Shown: positions 1-10,096 of the stretch, piece after piece
Numbering within the stretch: the first letter of the stretch is position 1
How the letters are laid out: every line of letters begins with the position of its first letter
Origin: Caproicibacter sp.
GTDB lineage: Bacteria; Bacillota; Clostridia; Oscillospirales; Acutalibacteraceae
DNA: 64,000 nucleotides
NCBI GenBank assembly: GCA_036260805.1
Contig: DATALZ010000016.1
Location: 20,116 to 84,115, forward strand
Direction: 5' to 3'
Position numbers and translations under genes: made by a program
Notes under the pieces: generated by a model
What the model was told of the DNA's origin: nothing
The model's database searches: none
Seen by the model: the letters and a program-made list of their open reading frames with translations, nothing else

Positions 1-1710
1 CATATCGCAGATTTGCGGTACATAGAATGCGCAGTCCGTTTCTTTTTCAATCTGCGTATTATTCTCCGTCGTTACGCCGAGTACAACTGCCCCTCTCGCC
101 TTTACCTCTTTCACGTTGCTCATCATTTTCTCGAAAAGGCGCTGCTGAGTTGCAAGAGCTACAACAAGCGTTCCCTCTTCAATCAGGGAAATCGTTCCAT
201 GCTTTAATTCGCCCGCTGCATACGCTTCGGAATGAATGTAGGAGATTTCCTTCAGTTTCAGAGAACCTTCCAAAGACATAGCGTAGTCTAGATTTCTTCC
301 GATAAAGAAAATATCATCTGAGCCGTAAAACTGATCTGCCAGTTTGCGAACATGATCTTTTGTCTCAAGAGTTTCCTGAATCTTATCTGGCAGACTCTCA
401 AGTTGTGAGATATAAAAACTGTAATCTGTTCTGGACATGATTCCGGTCTTCTCTGCCATATAGATTGCAAGCAAATAAATTACGGCAAGCTGTGTGCTGT
501 ATGCTTTCGTTGTCGCAACCGCGATTTCCGGCCCAGCCCATGTGTAAAGAACATCATCCGATTCGTTGGCAATGGAGCTGCCCACTACGTTAACAATGGA
601 GATAGTTCTTGCGCCAAGGCGCTTCGCTTCACGAAGAGCAGCAAGAGTATCAGCTGTTTCGCCAGACTGGCTGATAATGAGAACAAGAACCTTATCATTG
701 ATAATGGGATGGCGATAACGAAACTCGGAAGCTACATCCACTTCCACCGGGATATGGGTATACTGCTCAAATACATATTTTGCGACAACGCCAACATGAT
801 ATGCAGAACCGCAGGCTACAATGAATATCCTGTTGAAATTCTGAATCTGTTCTTTCGTGAGCTCAATGTTGTCGAGAACTATTTCACCGTCTTTGATGCG
901 CGGAGAAATCGTATCGCGGACTGCTTTTGGCTGCTCCATAATCTCTTTCGCCATAAAGTGGTCAAAGCCGCCCTTTTCAGCCGCGGATATATCCCAGTCA
1001 ATATGGCAGGGTGTCTTTTCAATGACCTTTTTGTCCAGCCCATAAACAGTTACGCCAGTCTTTTCGATCACTGCTATTTCATTTTCCTCAAGGCGGTAAA
1101 TATCCCTTGTTCTGCTCAATATTGCAGGAATATCGGATGCAATAAAGTTTTCTCCCTTACCGAGGCCGACAATTAGCGGGCTGTCTTTTCGAACACCAAT
1201 GATACGATCCGGATGGTCTTTGCACAGAATTCCTAAAGCATAGGAACCTCTGACTTTATTGATCGTCTTCACTACAGCGTCGAGAAGGTCGCCTTCGTAA
1301 TAAAAGTCCAGAAGCTGTGCAACTACTTCCGTATCTGTTTCCGATACAAAATGGCGTCCCTGCTCCACCAGGAAGTTTCTGAGGGCAAGGTAGTTTTCAA
1401 TAATGCCGTTATGGACAATCGCGAATCTGCCGGATTCACTGGTATGTGGGTGAGCATTGATATCCGAAGGTTTTCCGTGTGTAGCCCAGCGGGTATGGCC
1501 GATTCCCACAACACCTGTGAGATCGCTTCCATCGTGAATTTTATCGCTTAAAATCTTGAGTCTGCCTTTGGCCTTAACAACCTGAATTGATGTACCGTCG
1601 TAAACTGCAACCCCTGCAGAATCATATCCGCGGTATTCCAGTTTTTCAAGGCCTTTCAGCAAAATGGGAGCTGCCTGATCATCACCGACATATCCTACAA
1701 TACCACACAT
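1..1710 (-). CDS. glmS: Glutamine--fructose-6-phosphate aminotransferase (3' end runs off the window)
   Basis: Not in the ORF track because there is no stop inside the window. Both ends read manually: ATG at 1710 gives MCGIVGYVG (Ntn Cys); the C-terminal part in the same frame has AGPEIAVATTKAY, EGSLKLKEISYIHSEAYAAGELKHG. RBS GAGAGGTG upstream. Confidence 0.97.
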   Translation of the reverse strand, partial: MCGIVGYVGDDQAAPILLKGLEKLEYRGYDSAGVAVYDGTSIQVVKAKGRLKILSDKIHDGSDLTGVVGIGHTRWATHGKPSDINAHPHTSESGRFAIVHNGIIENYLALRNFLVEQGRHFVSETDTEVVAQLLDFYYEGDLLDAVVKTINKVRGSYALGILCKDHPDRIIGVRKDSPLIVGLGKGENFIASDIPAILSRTRDIYRLEENEIAVIEKTGVTVYGLDKKVIEKTPCHIDWDISAAEKGGFDHFMAKEIMEQPKAVRDTISPRIKDGEIVLDNIELTKEQIQNFNRIFIVACGSAYHVGVVAKYVFEQYTHIPVEVDVASEFRYRHPIINDKVLVLIISQSGETADTLAALREAKRLGARTISIVNVVGSSIANESDDVLYTWAGPEIAVATTKAYSTQLAVIYLLAIYMAEKTGIMSRTDYSFYISQLESLPDKIQETLETKDHVRKLADQFYGSDDIFFIGRNLDYAMSLEGSLKLKEISYIHSEAYAAGELKHGTISLIEEGTLVVALATQQRLFEKMMSNVKEVKARGAVVLGVTTENNTQIEKETDCAFYVPQICDM

Positions 1711-1735
1711 AATAAAACACCTCTCAGTCTTTATG

Positions 1736-1776
1736 AAAGCAACAAACGCCGACATTTTGCCGGCGCTTCATTGCAC
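1736..1776 (-). promoter_or_regulatory. Terminator hairpin overlapped by an ANTAR-type hexaloop hairpin, upstream of glmS
   Basis: Minus strand GTGC-AATGAA-GCGC (1776-1763) overlaps the hairpin CGCCGGCA-AAA-TGTCGGCG, which is followed by TTTGTTGCTTT. Confidence 0.6.
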
Positions 1777-1786
1777 AAACATTCTG

Positions 1787-3064
1787 TTATCTATAAATTA
1801 TGTCGTCGCGAGACGGTCCGTTCGAAACAATCTTAACCGGAACACCGATTTCTTTTTCAGCAAATTCGACATAACGTTTTGCATTCTCCGGCAGATCTTC
1901 ATATTTTTTAATTCCGCGGATATCGCATTTCCAGCCTGGGAGTGTTTTGAGCACCGGCTTGCAGTTTTTCAGATCAACTGTCGGCGGGAAGGAATCGATT
2001 CGTTTTCCGTTTAGTTCATAAGCAACGCAAACCGGAATCTCATCAAGATACCCAAGCGCATCAAGGACTGTAAGAGCTACGCCGGTTGCGCCCTGAACAC
2101 GGCAGCCATAACGTGACGCGACAAGGTCAAGCCACCCCATTCTGCGCGGACGGCCTGTGGTCGCACCATATTCGCCGCCATCTCCGCCTCTGCGGCGAAG
2201 CTCGTCGGCTTCATCACCGAATATTTCACTCACAAACTCGCCTGCGCCAACAGCGCTGGAGTATGCCTTGACTACTGCGATGATATTTTTAATTTCATAA
2301 GGCGGGATTCCGGTGCTGACTGCGCCGTAAGCTGCCAAAGTATTCGACGATGTTACCATCGGGTAAATGCCGAAATCAGGATCTTTCAGCGCGCCGAGCT
2401 GGCCTTCCAGTAATATGTTTTTGCCGTCCCGCACAGCCTGATAGAGATACTCAAAAGTATCTGTAACGTATGGAGCCAGCATTTCCTTATATTCCATCAG
2501 CTTATTGTAAATAACATCGGCATCCAGTTTCGGCTGATGATAGAGGTTCTCATAATATACATTTTTCAGCGTGATTACATGGTCAATCTTTTCACGAAGA
2601 TAGGCTTCGTCTGCAAACAATTCGCTGACCTGGAAGCCGATCTTTGCAAATTTATCGGAATAAAAAGGAGCAATTCCGGACCGCGTAGAACCAAAAGAAT
2701 GGGATGACAGTCTTGCTTCTTCATAGGAATCCAACTGAATATGGTAAGGCATCAGCACCTGAGCACGATTGGAAACCAGAATGTTCGGCTTCGGGACAGC
2801 GCGTTCCATAAGTCCGTTCATTTCCTGAATAAATTTATCCGGGTTTAGAGCAACACCATTCCCGATAATATTGGTAATATGGCTATGAAACACACCGGAC
2901 GGAAGCTGATGCAATGCAAATTTTCCGTAATTGTTAATAATGGTATGTCCGGCGTTATAGCCACCCTGAAAACGAATTACAATATCGGACTTTGCGGCTT
3001 CGACATCCGTTATTTTTCCTTTGCCTTCGTCGCCCCAGTCCGCTCCGACTATTGCTGTTATCAT
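1787..3064 (-). CDS. purA: Adenylosuccinate synthetase
   Basis: WGDEGKGK, QGGYNAGHT, EYGATTGRPRRMGWLD motifs; 425 aa. Confidence 0.97.
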   Translation of the reverse strand: MITAIVGADWGDEGKGKITDVEAAKSDIVIRFQGGYNAGHTIINNYGKFALHQLPSGVFHSHITNIIGNGVALNPDKFIQEMNGLMERAVPKPNILVSNRAQVLMPYHIQLDSYEEARLSSHSFGSTRSGIAPFYSDKFAKIGFQVSELFADEAYLREKIDHVITLKNVYYENLYHQPKLDADVIYNKLMEYKEMLAPYVTDTFEYLYQAVRDGKNILLEGQLGALKDPDFGIYPMVTSSNTLAAYGAVSTGIPPYEIKNIIAVVKAYSSAVGAGEFVSEIFGDEADELRRRGGDGGEYGATTGRPRRMGWLDLVASRYGCRVQGATGVALTVLDALGYLDEIPVCVAYELNGKRIDSFPPTVDLKNCKPVLKTLPGWKCDIRGIKKYEDLPENAKRYVEFAEKEIGVPVKIVSNGPSRDDIIYR

Positions 3065-3184
3065 TTAAGATCACTCCGCCGCGCCGCTACGGTAATGCCA
3101 AACTGCCCTGCGGCCGAATTTAGGCAGCCCTAAAACAACTATCATATGATATCATAAAAGCCTATGAAAAACAAATGAAATTTA

Positions 3185-4615
3185 TCAAACGTTAATTTCG
3201 GCTTTTTCATCTGACACATTTTTATATTGATTGAGAATCGGTGCAACTGTTTCAGAAATGAACTCTTCCGTCTGAACCGGTGCTCTTCCTACGTACTTTT
3301 CCGGTTTAACAATCTGATTCAGTTCATCAAGCGACACACCGAAAGCAGGGTCTGCGGCAATGCGCTCTAGAAGATCGTTTTTGCCGCCCTCTTCCTTGAT
3401 GATTTTGGAAGCAGCCATCGAATGTACGCGAATCCGTTCATGCAGCTGCTGACGATCAGCGCCGCGCTTAACGGCATCCATCATAATATTCTCGGTAGCC
3501 ATAAACGGCAGTTCGCTCTCCAGATGCTTGCGGATTACTTTTGGGTATACGACAAGCCCGTCCCCAACATTGCTGTACAGGTTCAGAATTCCATCGATGG
3601 CAAGGAATGCTTCCGGAACGCTGATGCGCTTATTGGCAGAGTCATCCAGGGTGCGCTCAAACCACTGCGTTGCCGCTGTAATGCAGGGGTTCAGGCTGTC
3701 CACAATCACGTAGCGGGCCAATGATGCAATTCTTTCGCTGCGCATCGGGTTACGCTTGTAAGCCATTGCAGAGGAACCAATCTGGTTCTTTTCAAACGGC
3801 TCTTCCACCTCTTTCAGATGCTGAAGAAGTCGGATATCATTGGAGAATTTCGCAGCGCTCTGTGCAATGCCGCTCAGCACGGAAAGAACACGGCTGTCCT
3901 GCTTTCTGGAATACGTCTGGCCAGAAACCGCGAAGCAGTCTTTATAACCCATTTTTTCTGCGATAATTTTATCCAGTTTTCTGACCTTCGCATGGTCACC
4001 GTCAAACAGTTCCAAAAAGCTTGCCTGTGTACCCGTCGTTCCTTTGGAACCAAGAAGCTTCGCTCCGGAAAGCAAATACTCCACGTCTTCCAAATCCATC
4101 AGAAGATCCTGAATCCACAGAGTCGCGCGCTTACCGACGGTGGTCGGCTGTGCCGGCTGAAAATGCGTAAAGGCAAGAGTCGGCAGGCTCCGGTTGTCCA
4201 TGGCAAATTTAGAAAGAACGCGAATCGTGCCAACCAGTTTATCACGTACAAGTTCCAGAGCCTCATTCATAATAATGAGATCGGTATTGTCGCCTACATA
4301 GCAGGATGTTGCGCCGAGATGAATAATCGGCTCAGCCTTCGGGCACTGTACTCCGAAAGCGTAAACATGCGACATTACATCGTGACGGACAACCTTTTCA
4401 CGCGCTTCTGCAACTTCATAATTAATGTCGTCCTGATGCGCAATCATTTCGTCAATCTGTTCCTGCGTTATATTCAGACCAAGTTCTTTTTCCGCCTGCG
4501 CAAGCGCAATCCAAAGTCTGCGCCATGTACGGAATTTTTTATCCGGCGAAAAAAGATATTTCATCTTTTCATCTGCGTAACGGGATGAAAGAGGTGATTC
4601 ATAATTGTTTTTCAA
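3185..4615 (-). CDS. purB: Adenylosuccinate lyase
   Basis: GSSAMAYKRNP signature, RHDVMSH, FTHFQPAQ. Start moved to TTG at 4615, which follows a GGAGG RBS. Confidence 0.96.
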   Translation of the reverse strand: MKNNYESPLSSRYADEKMKYLFSPDKKFRTWRRLWIALAQAEKELGLNITQEQIDEMIAHQDDINYEVAEAREKVVRHDVMSHVYAFGVQCPKAEPIIHLGATSCYVGDNTDLIIMNEALELVRDKLVGTIRVLSKFAMDNRSLPTLAFTHFQPAQPTTVGKRATLWIQDLLMDLEDVEYLLSGAKLLGSKGTTGTQASFLELFDGDHAKVRKLDKIIAEKMGYKDCFAVSGQTYSRKQDSRVLSVLSGIAQSAAKFSNDIRLLQHLKEVEEPFEKNQIGSSAMAYKRNPMRSERIASLARYVIVDSLNPCITAATQWFERTLDDSANKRISVPEAFLAIDGILNLYSNVGDGLVVYPKVIRKHLESELPFMATENIMMDAVKRGADRQQLHERIRVHSMAASKIIKEEGGKNDLLERIAADPAFGVSLDELNQIVKPEKYVGRAPVQTEEFISETVAPILNQYKNVSDEKAEINV

Positions 4616-4633
4616 TTCAGAGGCCTCCAAAAA

Positions 4634-6100
4634 CTACAGCCGTTTGATCGGCGTACAATAATCATAATCTTTTTGTGCAACAAGGTAATCCGGAATTTCA
4701 GCTGGATACTTTCCTGAGAAACAGGCGTCGCAGTAGCCGTCACATCTTCCGCCGAGCATTTTCGGCAAATTTTCAAGTTTCAGAAAATCAATGGAATCGG
4801 CAAAACTCATTTGGCCGATTTCTTCAATGCTGTGCTTACAGGCAATCAGATCATCCTTTGAAGGGATATCTGTACCATAAAAACAAGGCCACAAAAACGG
4901 CGGAGAGCTGATACGGAGATGGACTTCCTTCGCTCCACATTCTTTCAGCATGGATACAATACGTGCGCTTGTGGTTCCGCGGACGATGGAATCATCGAGC
5001 ATAACAATTCGCTTGCCGCGCACTGCCGTTGAAAGCGCGTTAAGCTTGATGCGAACGCTGCGTTCACGCTCCGACTGGTCCGGCTTGATGAACGTGCGGC
5101 CGATATAGGAATTTTTTACAATTCCTTTCTGATACGGAATGCCCGATTCCTCGCTGTACCCGATTGCCGCATCAATACCGGATTCCGGCACGCCGATTAC
5201 CATGTCGGCATCAACAGGCTTTTGCCTTGCAAGAAGCCTTCCGGCCTCTTTACGGGCTTCATAAACGCTGATGCCATCGATAATGCTGTCAGTTCTGGCA
5301 AAGTAAATATATTCGAAAACACAAAGCGATTTCTTAACAGAAGCCGGGTCGTAAATGTTGCGAAGCCCGTTTTTATCCGCGATAACAATTTCTCCCGGCC
5401 TTACGTCGCGGATAAATTCTGCACCGCAGGCATCCAGTGCGCAAGTTTCTGACGCAAATACATAGGAGTTGTTTACCTTTCCGATACACAGCGGACGGAA
5501 TCCGTGCGGGTCACGGAAAGCAACCAGCTTCTGCGGACTCATAACAATCATGGAATATGCACCGTGAATCTTGGGGATTGCGCGGTGAATCGCTTCCTCA
5601 ATTGACGGAGCTTCCACCCTTTCACGGGCAATCATATAAGCAACGACTTCCGTGTCGATGGTTGTCTGGAAAATACAGCCCTGTTTCGCTAAAATCTGAT
5701 GAAGTTCATAGGCGTTTGTCAGGTTGCCGTTATGGGCAATCGCAAGCGTTCCCTTGATATAGTGCATAACAAGCGGCTGAGCGTTTTCACGCACGCTGGC
5801 GCCGGAAGTGGAATACCTTACATGCCCGACCGCCATTTGGCCAGTCAGACTGTCAAGCGTTTTATGGCTGAAAGCTTCCGTCACGAGTCCCATATCTTTC
5901 GAATAGGAAATTACACCCCGATCGCTTACAGCAATGCCGCAGCTCTCCTGTCCCCTGTGCTGGAGGGCAAGCAGACCGTTGTAAGCGGCATAGGAGGGGT
6001 TAACGGTGCCATCGGAATAAATTCCGAAGACACCGCATTCCTCGCCAAAATGTTCTTCATCAAAGTTGGAAACAGAACGGTTTAAACGCTCTTTATCCAT
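4634..6100 (-). CDS. purF: Amidophosphoribosyltransferase (Fe-S type, with propeptide)
   Basis: EECGVFG, LQHRGQES, GHVRYSTSG, DDSIVRGTT, YCDACFSGKYP. Confidence 0.97.
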   Translation of the reverse strand: MDKERLNRSVSNFDEEHFGEECGVFGIYSDGTVNPSYAAYNGLLALQHRGQESCGIAVSDRGVISYSKDMGLVTEAFSHKTLDSLTGQMAVGHVRYSTSGASVRENAQPLVMHYIKGTLAIAHNGNLTNAYELHQILAKQGCIFQTTIDTEVVAYMIARERVEAPSIEEAIHRAIPKIHGAYSMIVMSPQKLVAFRDPHGFRPLCIGKVNNSYVFASETCALDACGAEFIRDVRPGEIVIADKNGLRNIYDPASVKKSLCVFEYIYFARTDSIIDGISVYEARKEAGRLLARQKPVDADMVIGVPESGIDAAIGYSEESGIPYQKGIVKNSYIGRTFIKPDQSERERSVRIKLNALSTAVRGKRIVMLDDSIVRGTTSARIVSMLKECGAKEVHLRISSPPFLWPCFYGTDIPSKDDLIACKHSIEEIGQMSFADSIDFLKLENLPKMLGGRCDGYCDACFSGKYPAEIPDYLVAQKDYDYCTPIKRL

Positions 6101-6804
6101 TACAGACCTATCCTTTTCATTACTTCCTGATAAGCTTCTTCTACACCGCCGAGATCTCTGCGGAAGCGGTCCTTGTCCAGCTTTTCATGTGTGTTGACAT
6201 CCCAGAAACGGCATGTGTCCGGAGAAATTTCATCAGCAAGAATTATTTCATCGTGATAACGGCCAAACTCAAGCTTAAAGTCAATCAGTTCAATGTTTAC
6301 AGAAAGGAAGAACTCGCAAAGAATCTTATTGATTTTCAGAGACATTTCAGAGATTTTATCCAGTTCTTCTTTTGTAGCAAACTCAGCGGCAAGAATGTGA
6401 TATTCGTTGACCATTGGGTCGCCGAGTTCATCACTTTTGTAGCAGAATTCGAGCACGGGGCATTTCATCGGTGTGCCTTCCGGCATGCCTAAACGTTTTG
6501 CCAGGCTTCCCGCGGCTTTGTTGCGCACAATAACCTCAAGCGGAACAATCTCCACTTTTTTTACCAGCGTTTCACGGTCGCTGAGTTGTTTGACAAAATG
6601 TGTGGGGATACCTTTGCTCTCCAGCAGCTGAAACAGATAATTTGACATTTTGTTGTTAACTACACCTTTGCCGGTAATGGTACCCTTTTTCAGGCCGTTG
6701 AATGCTGTAGCATCATCTTTATAATCAACAATGCAAAAATCCTTATCATCTGTAGCGAATACTTTCTTTGCTTTTCCTTCGTAAAGCTGCTCTTTCTTTT
6801 CCAA
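6100..6804 (-). CDS. purC: SAICAR synthetase
   Basis: [32 protein letters not shown]; TTG start. Confidence 0.97.
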   Translation of the reverse strand: MEKKEQLYEGKAKKVFATDDKDFCIVDYKDDATAFNGLKKGTITGKGVVNNKMSNYLFQLLESKGIPTHFVKQLSDRETLVKKVEIVPLEVIVRNKAAGSLAKRLGMPEGTPMKCPVLEFCYKSDELGDPMVNEYHILAAEFATKEELDKISEMSLKINKILCEFFLSVNIELIDFKLEFGRYHDEIILADEISPDTCRFWDVNTHEKLDKDRFRRDLGGVEEAYQEVMKRIGL

Positions 6805-6877
6805 GGTTTTTCCCTCCGATTAATCAGTTTGTCATATTTTTGATGGTCCGGGCACCCGGATGGGGCCCGGATGCCGA

Positions 6878-9800
6878 TCAGATAAAATTAAGGAATGTGG
6901 AAACTTTTGTAATATCCACAACGGAAAGCTGCGTGGTGTCAACATGACGCGCACATGTCAGGAACGCATTAGCGGTATCCAGAGAAGTCAGGCATGGAAC
7001 ACCGGCTTCAACCGCATTGCGGCGAATCTTATATCCATCGCGGTGATGAGCAACGCCCTTGGACGGTGTGTTGACAACGAGATTGATCTTGCCGGAAAGA
7101 ATATGATCGAGAATATCCGGCTTTCCGTCGCCGATTTTATGCAGGCGAATCGTCGGAATTCCTTTGTCGTTCAGGAACTCGGAAGTACCGCCCGTCGCAA
7201 AAATCGTCCAGCCAAGGTCATAAAGGCCCTGTGCGACCGGAAGGACTTCGTCTTTGTCGGTATCTTTTACCGTAATGATAACATTACCCTTTTCAATCAT
7301 GTGAACGCCCGCACCGTAAAACGCCTTGATGAGCGCTTCGTCGTAGGTTTTAGCCACGCCGAGTACTTCGCCGGTTGATTTCATTTCAGGCCCTAGGTTT
7401 ACATCCTGGCCATACAGTTTTTCAAATGAGAATACCGGCATTTTTATTGCGACAAGTTCGCGTTCGCTCTGCAGACCGTAGTGGTAACCCATTTCAGGCA
7501 GTGTTTTGTCGAAGAACGTACCGACGGCCAGCGGAACAATCGGGATACCGGTCACTTTACTGATATACGGCACCGTTCTGGAAGAACGGGGGTTCGCTTC
7601 AATGACATATACTTTATCTTCTTTGACGATGTACTGTACGTTGAGCAGACCCCGTACATTCAAAGCCCTCGCGAGACGGCGGGTATATTCAACGATGAGG
7701 TTCTGCATCTCTTTATCAACGCCGATTGCCGGGTAAACGGAGATACTGTCGCCGGAATGGACGCCCGCGCGTTCAATGTGCTGCATAATACCCGGAATCA
7801 TTGTGTCGGTTCCGTCGCATACCGCATCAACTTCGACTTCCGTGCCCATGATGTATTTGTCAACCAGAATCGGGTGTTCCTGAGCTACACGGTTGATAAT
7901 GCCGATCTGCTCTACGATATCCTGGTCTGAGTAGGCAATCTGCATGCCCTGACCGCCAAGTACATAGGAAGGACGGACAAGCACCGGATAACCAAGTTCA
8001 TGCGCGGCTCCGATTGCCTCGTCGCAGGTAAACACGGTGCGGCCTGCAGCGCGAGGAATTTCACACTGGTTCAGGATCTCATCGAAACGTTCCCTATCTT
8101 CGGCGGCATCAATGCTGTCATAAGAGCTGCCGAGAATCGGCACGCCCATTTTTTCAATAGCGCCTGCAAGTTTAATTGCCGTCTGACCGCCAAACTGCAC
8201 AACGGCTCCGTCCGGTTTCTCCTGCTCGACAATGTGCAGAATATCTTCCTCTGTCAAAGGTTCAAAATACAGCTTATCGGCAACGTCAAAGTCTGTACTT
8301 ACCGTTTCCGGATTGTTATTGACAATAATGGTCTCACAGCCAAGCTCTTTCAAAGCCCAAACGCTGTGTACAGAGCAGAAATCGAATTCAATGCCCTGCC
8401 CGATACGAATCGGTCCGGAGCCGATGACAAGAACCTTTTTGCGGTCTGTTTCCGGATTTGATTCATTCTGAATGCCGTACCTTGAATAATAGTAGGGCGT
8501 TTCTGCGTCAAATTCCGCCGCGCAGGTATCCACCATTTTATAAACGGGATGAATATTCAAGTCCTTCTGCATTTTGCGGAGTTCTTCAACACTGATTCCG
8601 CTGAGCTTCGAGATGGTTTTATCCATAAACTCGTACTCTTTTGCCTTGCGGAGAAGCGCTTCATCCATCGGGCCGGCGGAAATCACCTTTTCCATCTGGA
8701 TAATATCCAAGAACTTCTGAAGGAACCAGAGGTCAATTTTCGTAATATCGTGTACATGCTCTTTCGTCACGCCGCGGCGCAGAGCTTCCGCCACAGCCCA
8801 GAGGCGGCGGTCGTCCACAACATGGAGTCTTTCGTCCAGTTCCGTGTCAGAAAGATCCTTCAGCGTATCGTCAAGCAGGCTGTATGTGTTTTGCTCCAGG
8901 CACCGGATGGATTTCATCAAAGCCGCTTCAAAAGTCGGGGCAATGCCCATAACTTCGCCGGTAGCCTTCATCTGTGTACCTAGAATACGTTTCGCGTTGA
9001 TAAATTTATCAAACGGCCAGCGCGGGATTTTTACGACGCAGTAGTCAAGAGTCGGTTCAAAGCATGCATATGTTTTCTTCGTAATGGCATTTGGAATCTC
9101 ATCCAGCGTGTAGCCGAGAGCAATTTTAGAAGCAACCTTGGCGATCGGGTAGCCTGTTGCCTTGGATGCCAGTGCGGAAGAACGGCTCACGCGGGGGTTA
9201 ACCTCAATGACCGCATATTCAAAGCTGTTCGGATTAAGGGCAAACTGAACGTTGCATCCGCCCTCGACTTTGAGTTCCTGAATAATATTGAGTGCCGAGG
9301 TACGAAGCATCTGGAGTTCCTTATCGGCAAGCGTCTGGCATGGGGCAACGACGATGGAATCGCCGGTATGAACGCCGACAGGGTCGATGTTTTCCATGTT
9401 GCATACGGTAATACAGTTTCCGTTATGGTCGCGCATTACCTCATATTCTATTTCCTTCCAGCCTGCAATGCTCCGCTCAATCAGGACCTGGTGAACACGG
9501 CTGCGGCTGAGACCGACCGGAGCAATCTCCATAAGTTCTTCTTCATTGTTGGCAAAGCCGCCGCCGCTTCCGCCGAGAGTATAAGCCGGACGGACAACAA
9601 CCGGATATCCAATGGATTTAGCTGCTTTTACACAGTCTTCAATATTCTCCGCAATTGCGCTTCTGGCAACCGGTTCGCCGATGCGGGCCATTGCCTCCTT
9701 AAACAGTTCGCGGTCTTCCGCCATACGGATGGTGTCGGCATTCGTTCCGATCATTTCGACATGATTCTGTTCCAGAAATCCGGATTCTTCCAGCTCAACG

Positions 9801-10096
9801 GCTAGATTCAAAGCGTTCTGTCCACCGAGAGTCGGCAGGATGCTGTCCGGGTTTTCCTTCAGGATTACTTTTTTAATTGTTTCAACGGTCAAAGGCTCAA
9901 TATAAACCTTATCTGCGATTTTCTTATCGGTCATAATAGTAGCAGGGTTCGAGTTAATCAGTATAACTTCTATACCCTCTTCACGCAGGGCACGGCAGGC
10001 CTGAGTGCCCGCATAATCGAATTCTGCTGCCTGGCCGATAATGATCGGCCCTGAGCCGATGATGATAACCTTTTTAATTTCTTTGCGTCTGCTCAC
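6878..10096 (-). CDS. carB: Carbamoyl-phosphate synthase large subunit
   Basis: Duplicated ATP-grasp halves (GSGPIIIGQAAEFDY / GSGPIRIGQGIEFD), EVNPRVSRSS, C-terminal MGS domain; 1072 aa. Confidence 0.98.
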   Translation of the reverse strand: MSRRKEIKKVIIIGSGPIIIGQAAEFDYAGTQACRALREEGIEVILINSNPATIMTDKKIADKVYIEPLTVETIKKVILKENPDSILPTLGGQNALNLAVELEESGFLEQNHVEMIGTNADTIRMAEDRELFKEAMARIGEPVARSAIAENIEDCVKAAKSIGYPVVVRPAYTLGGSGGGFANNEEELMEIAPVGLSRSRVHQVLIERSIAGWKEIEYEVMRDHNGNCITVCNMENIDPVGVHTGDSIVVAPCQTLADKELQMLRTSALNIIQELKVEGGCNVQFALNPNSFEYAVIEVNPRVSRSSALASKATGYPIAKVASKIALGYTLDEIPNAITKKTYACFEPTLDYCVVKIPRWPFDKFINAKRILGTQMKATGEVMGIAPTFEAALMKSIRCLEQNTYSLLDDTLKDLSDTELDERLHVVDDRRLWAVAEALRRGVTKEHVHDITKIDLWFLQKFLDIIQMEKVISAGPMDEALLRKAKEYEFMDKTISKLSGISVEELRKMQKDLNIHPVYKMVDTCAAEFDAETPYYYSRYGIQNESNPETDRKKVLVIGSGPIRIGQGIEFDFCSVHSVWALKELGCETIIVNNNPETVSTDFDVADKLYFEPLTEEDILHIVEQEKPDGAVVQFGGQTAIKLAGAIEKMGVPILGSSYDSIDAAEDRERFDEILNQCEIPRAAGRTVFTCDEAIGAAHELGYPVLVRPSYVLGGQGMQIAYSDQDIVEQIGIINRVAQEHPILVDKYIMGTEVEVDAVCDGTDTMIPGIMQHIERAGVHSGDSISVYPAIGVDKEMQNLIVEYTRRLARALNVRGLLNVQYIVKEDKVYVIEANPRSSRTVPYISKVTGIPIVPLAVGTFFDKTLPEMGYHYGLQSERELVAIKMPVFSFEKLYGQDVNLGPEMKSTGEVLGVAKTYDEALIKAFYGAGVHMIEKGNVIITVKDTDKDEVLPVAQGLYDLGWTIFATGGTSEFLNDKGIPTIRLHKIGDGKPDILDHILSGKINLVVNTPSKGVAHHRDGYKIRRNAVEAGVPCLTSLDTANAFLTCARHVDTTQLSVVDITKVSTFLNFI

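Noticed and set aside
1-1710. Apparent gene-free or pseudogene region in the ORF track
   Set aside because: It is glmS running off the window edge; the N- and C-terminal motifs are in the same frame.
3818-4588. 256-aa plus-strand ORF
   Set aside because: Antisense shadow of purB with no recognisable motif. The same applies to the many short plus-strand ORFs opposite carB, dxs, ftsH and others.
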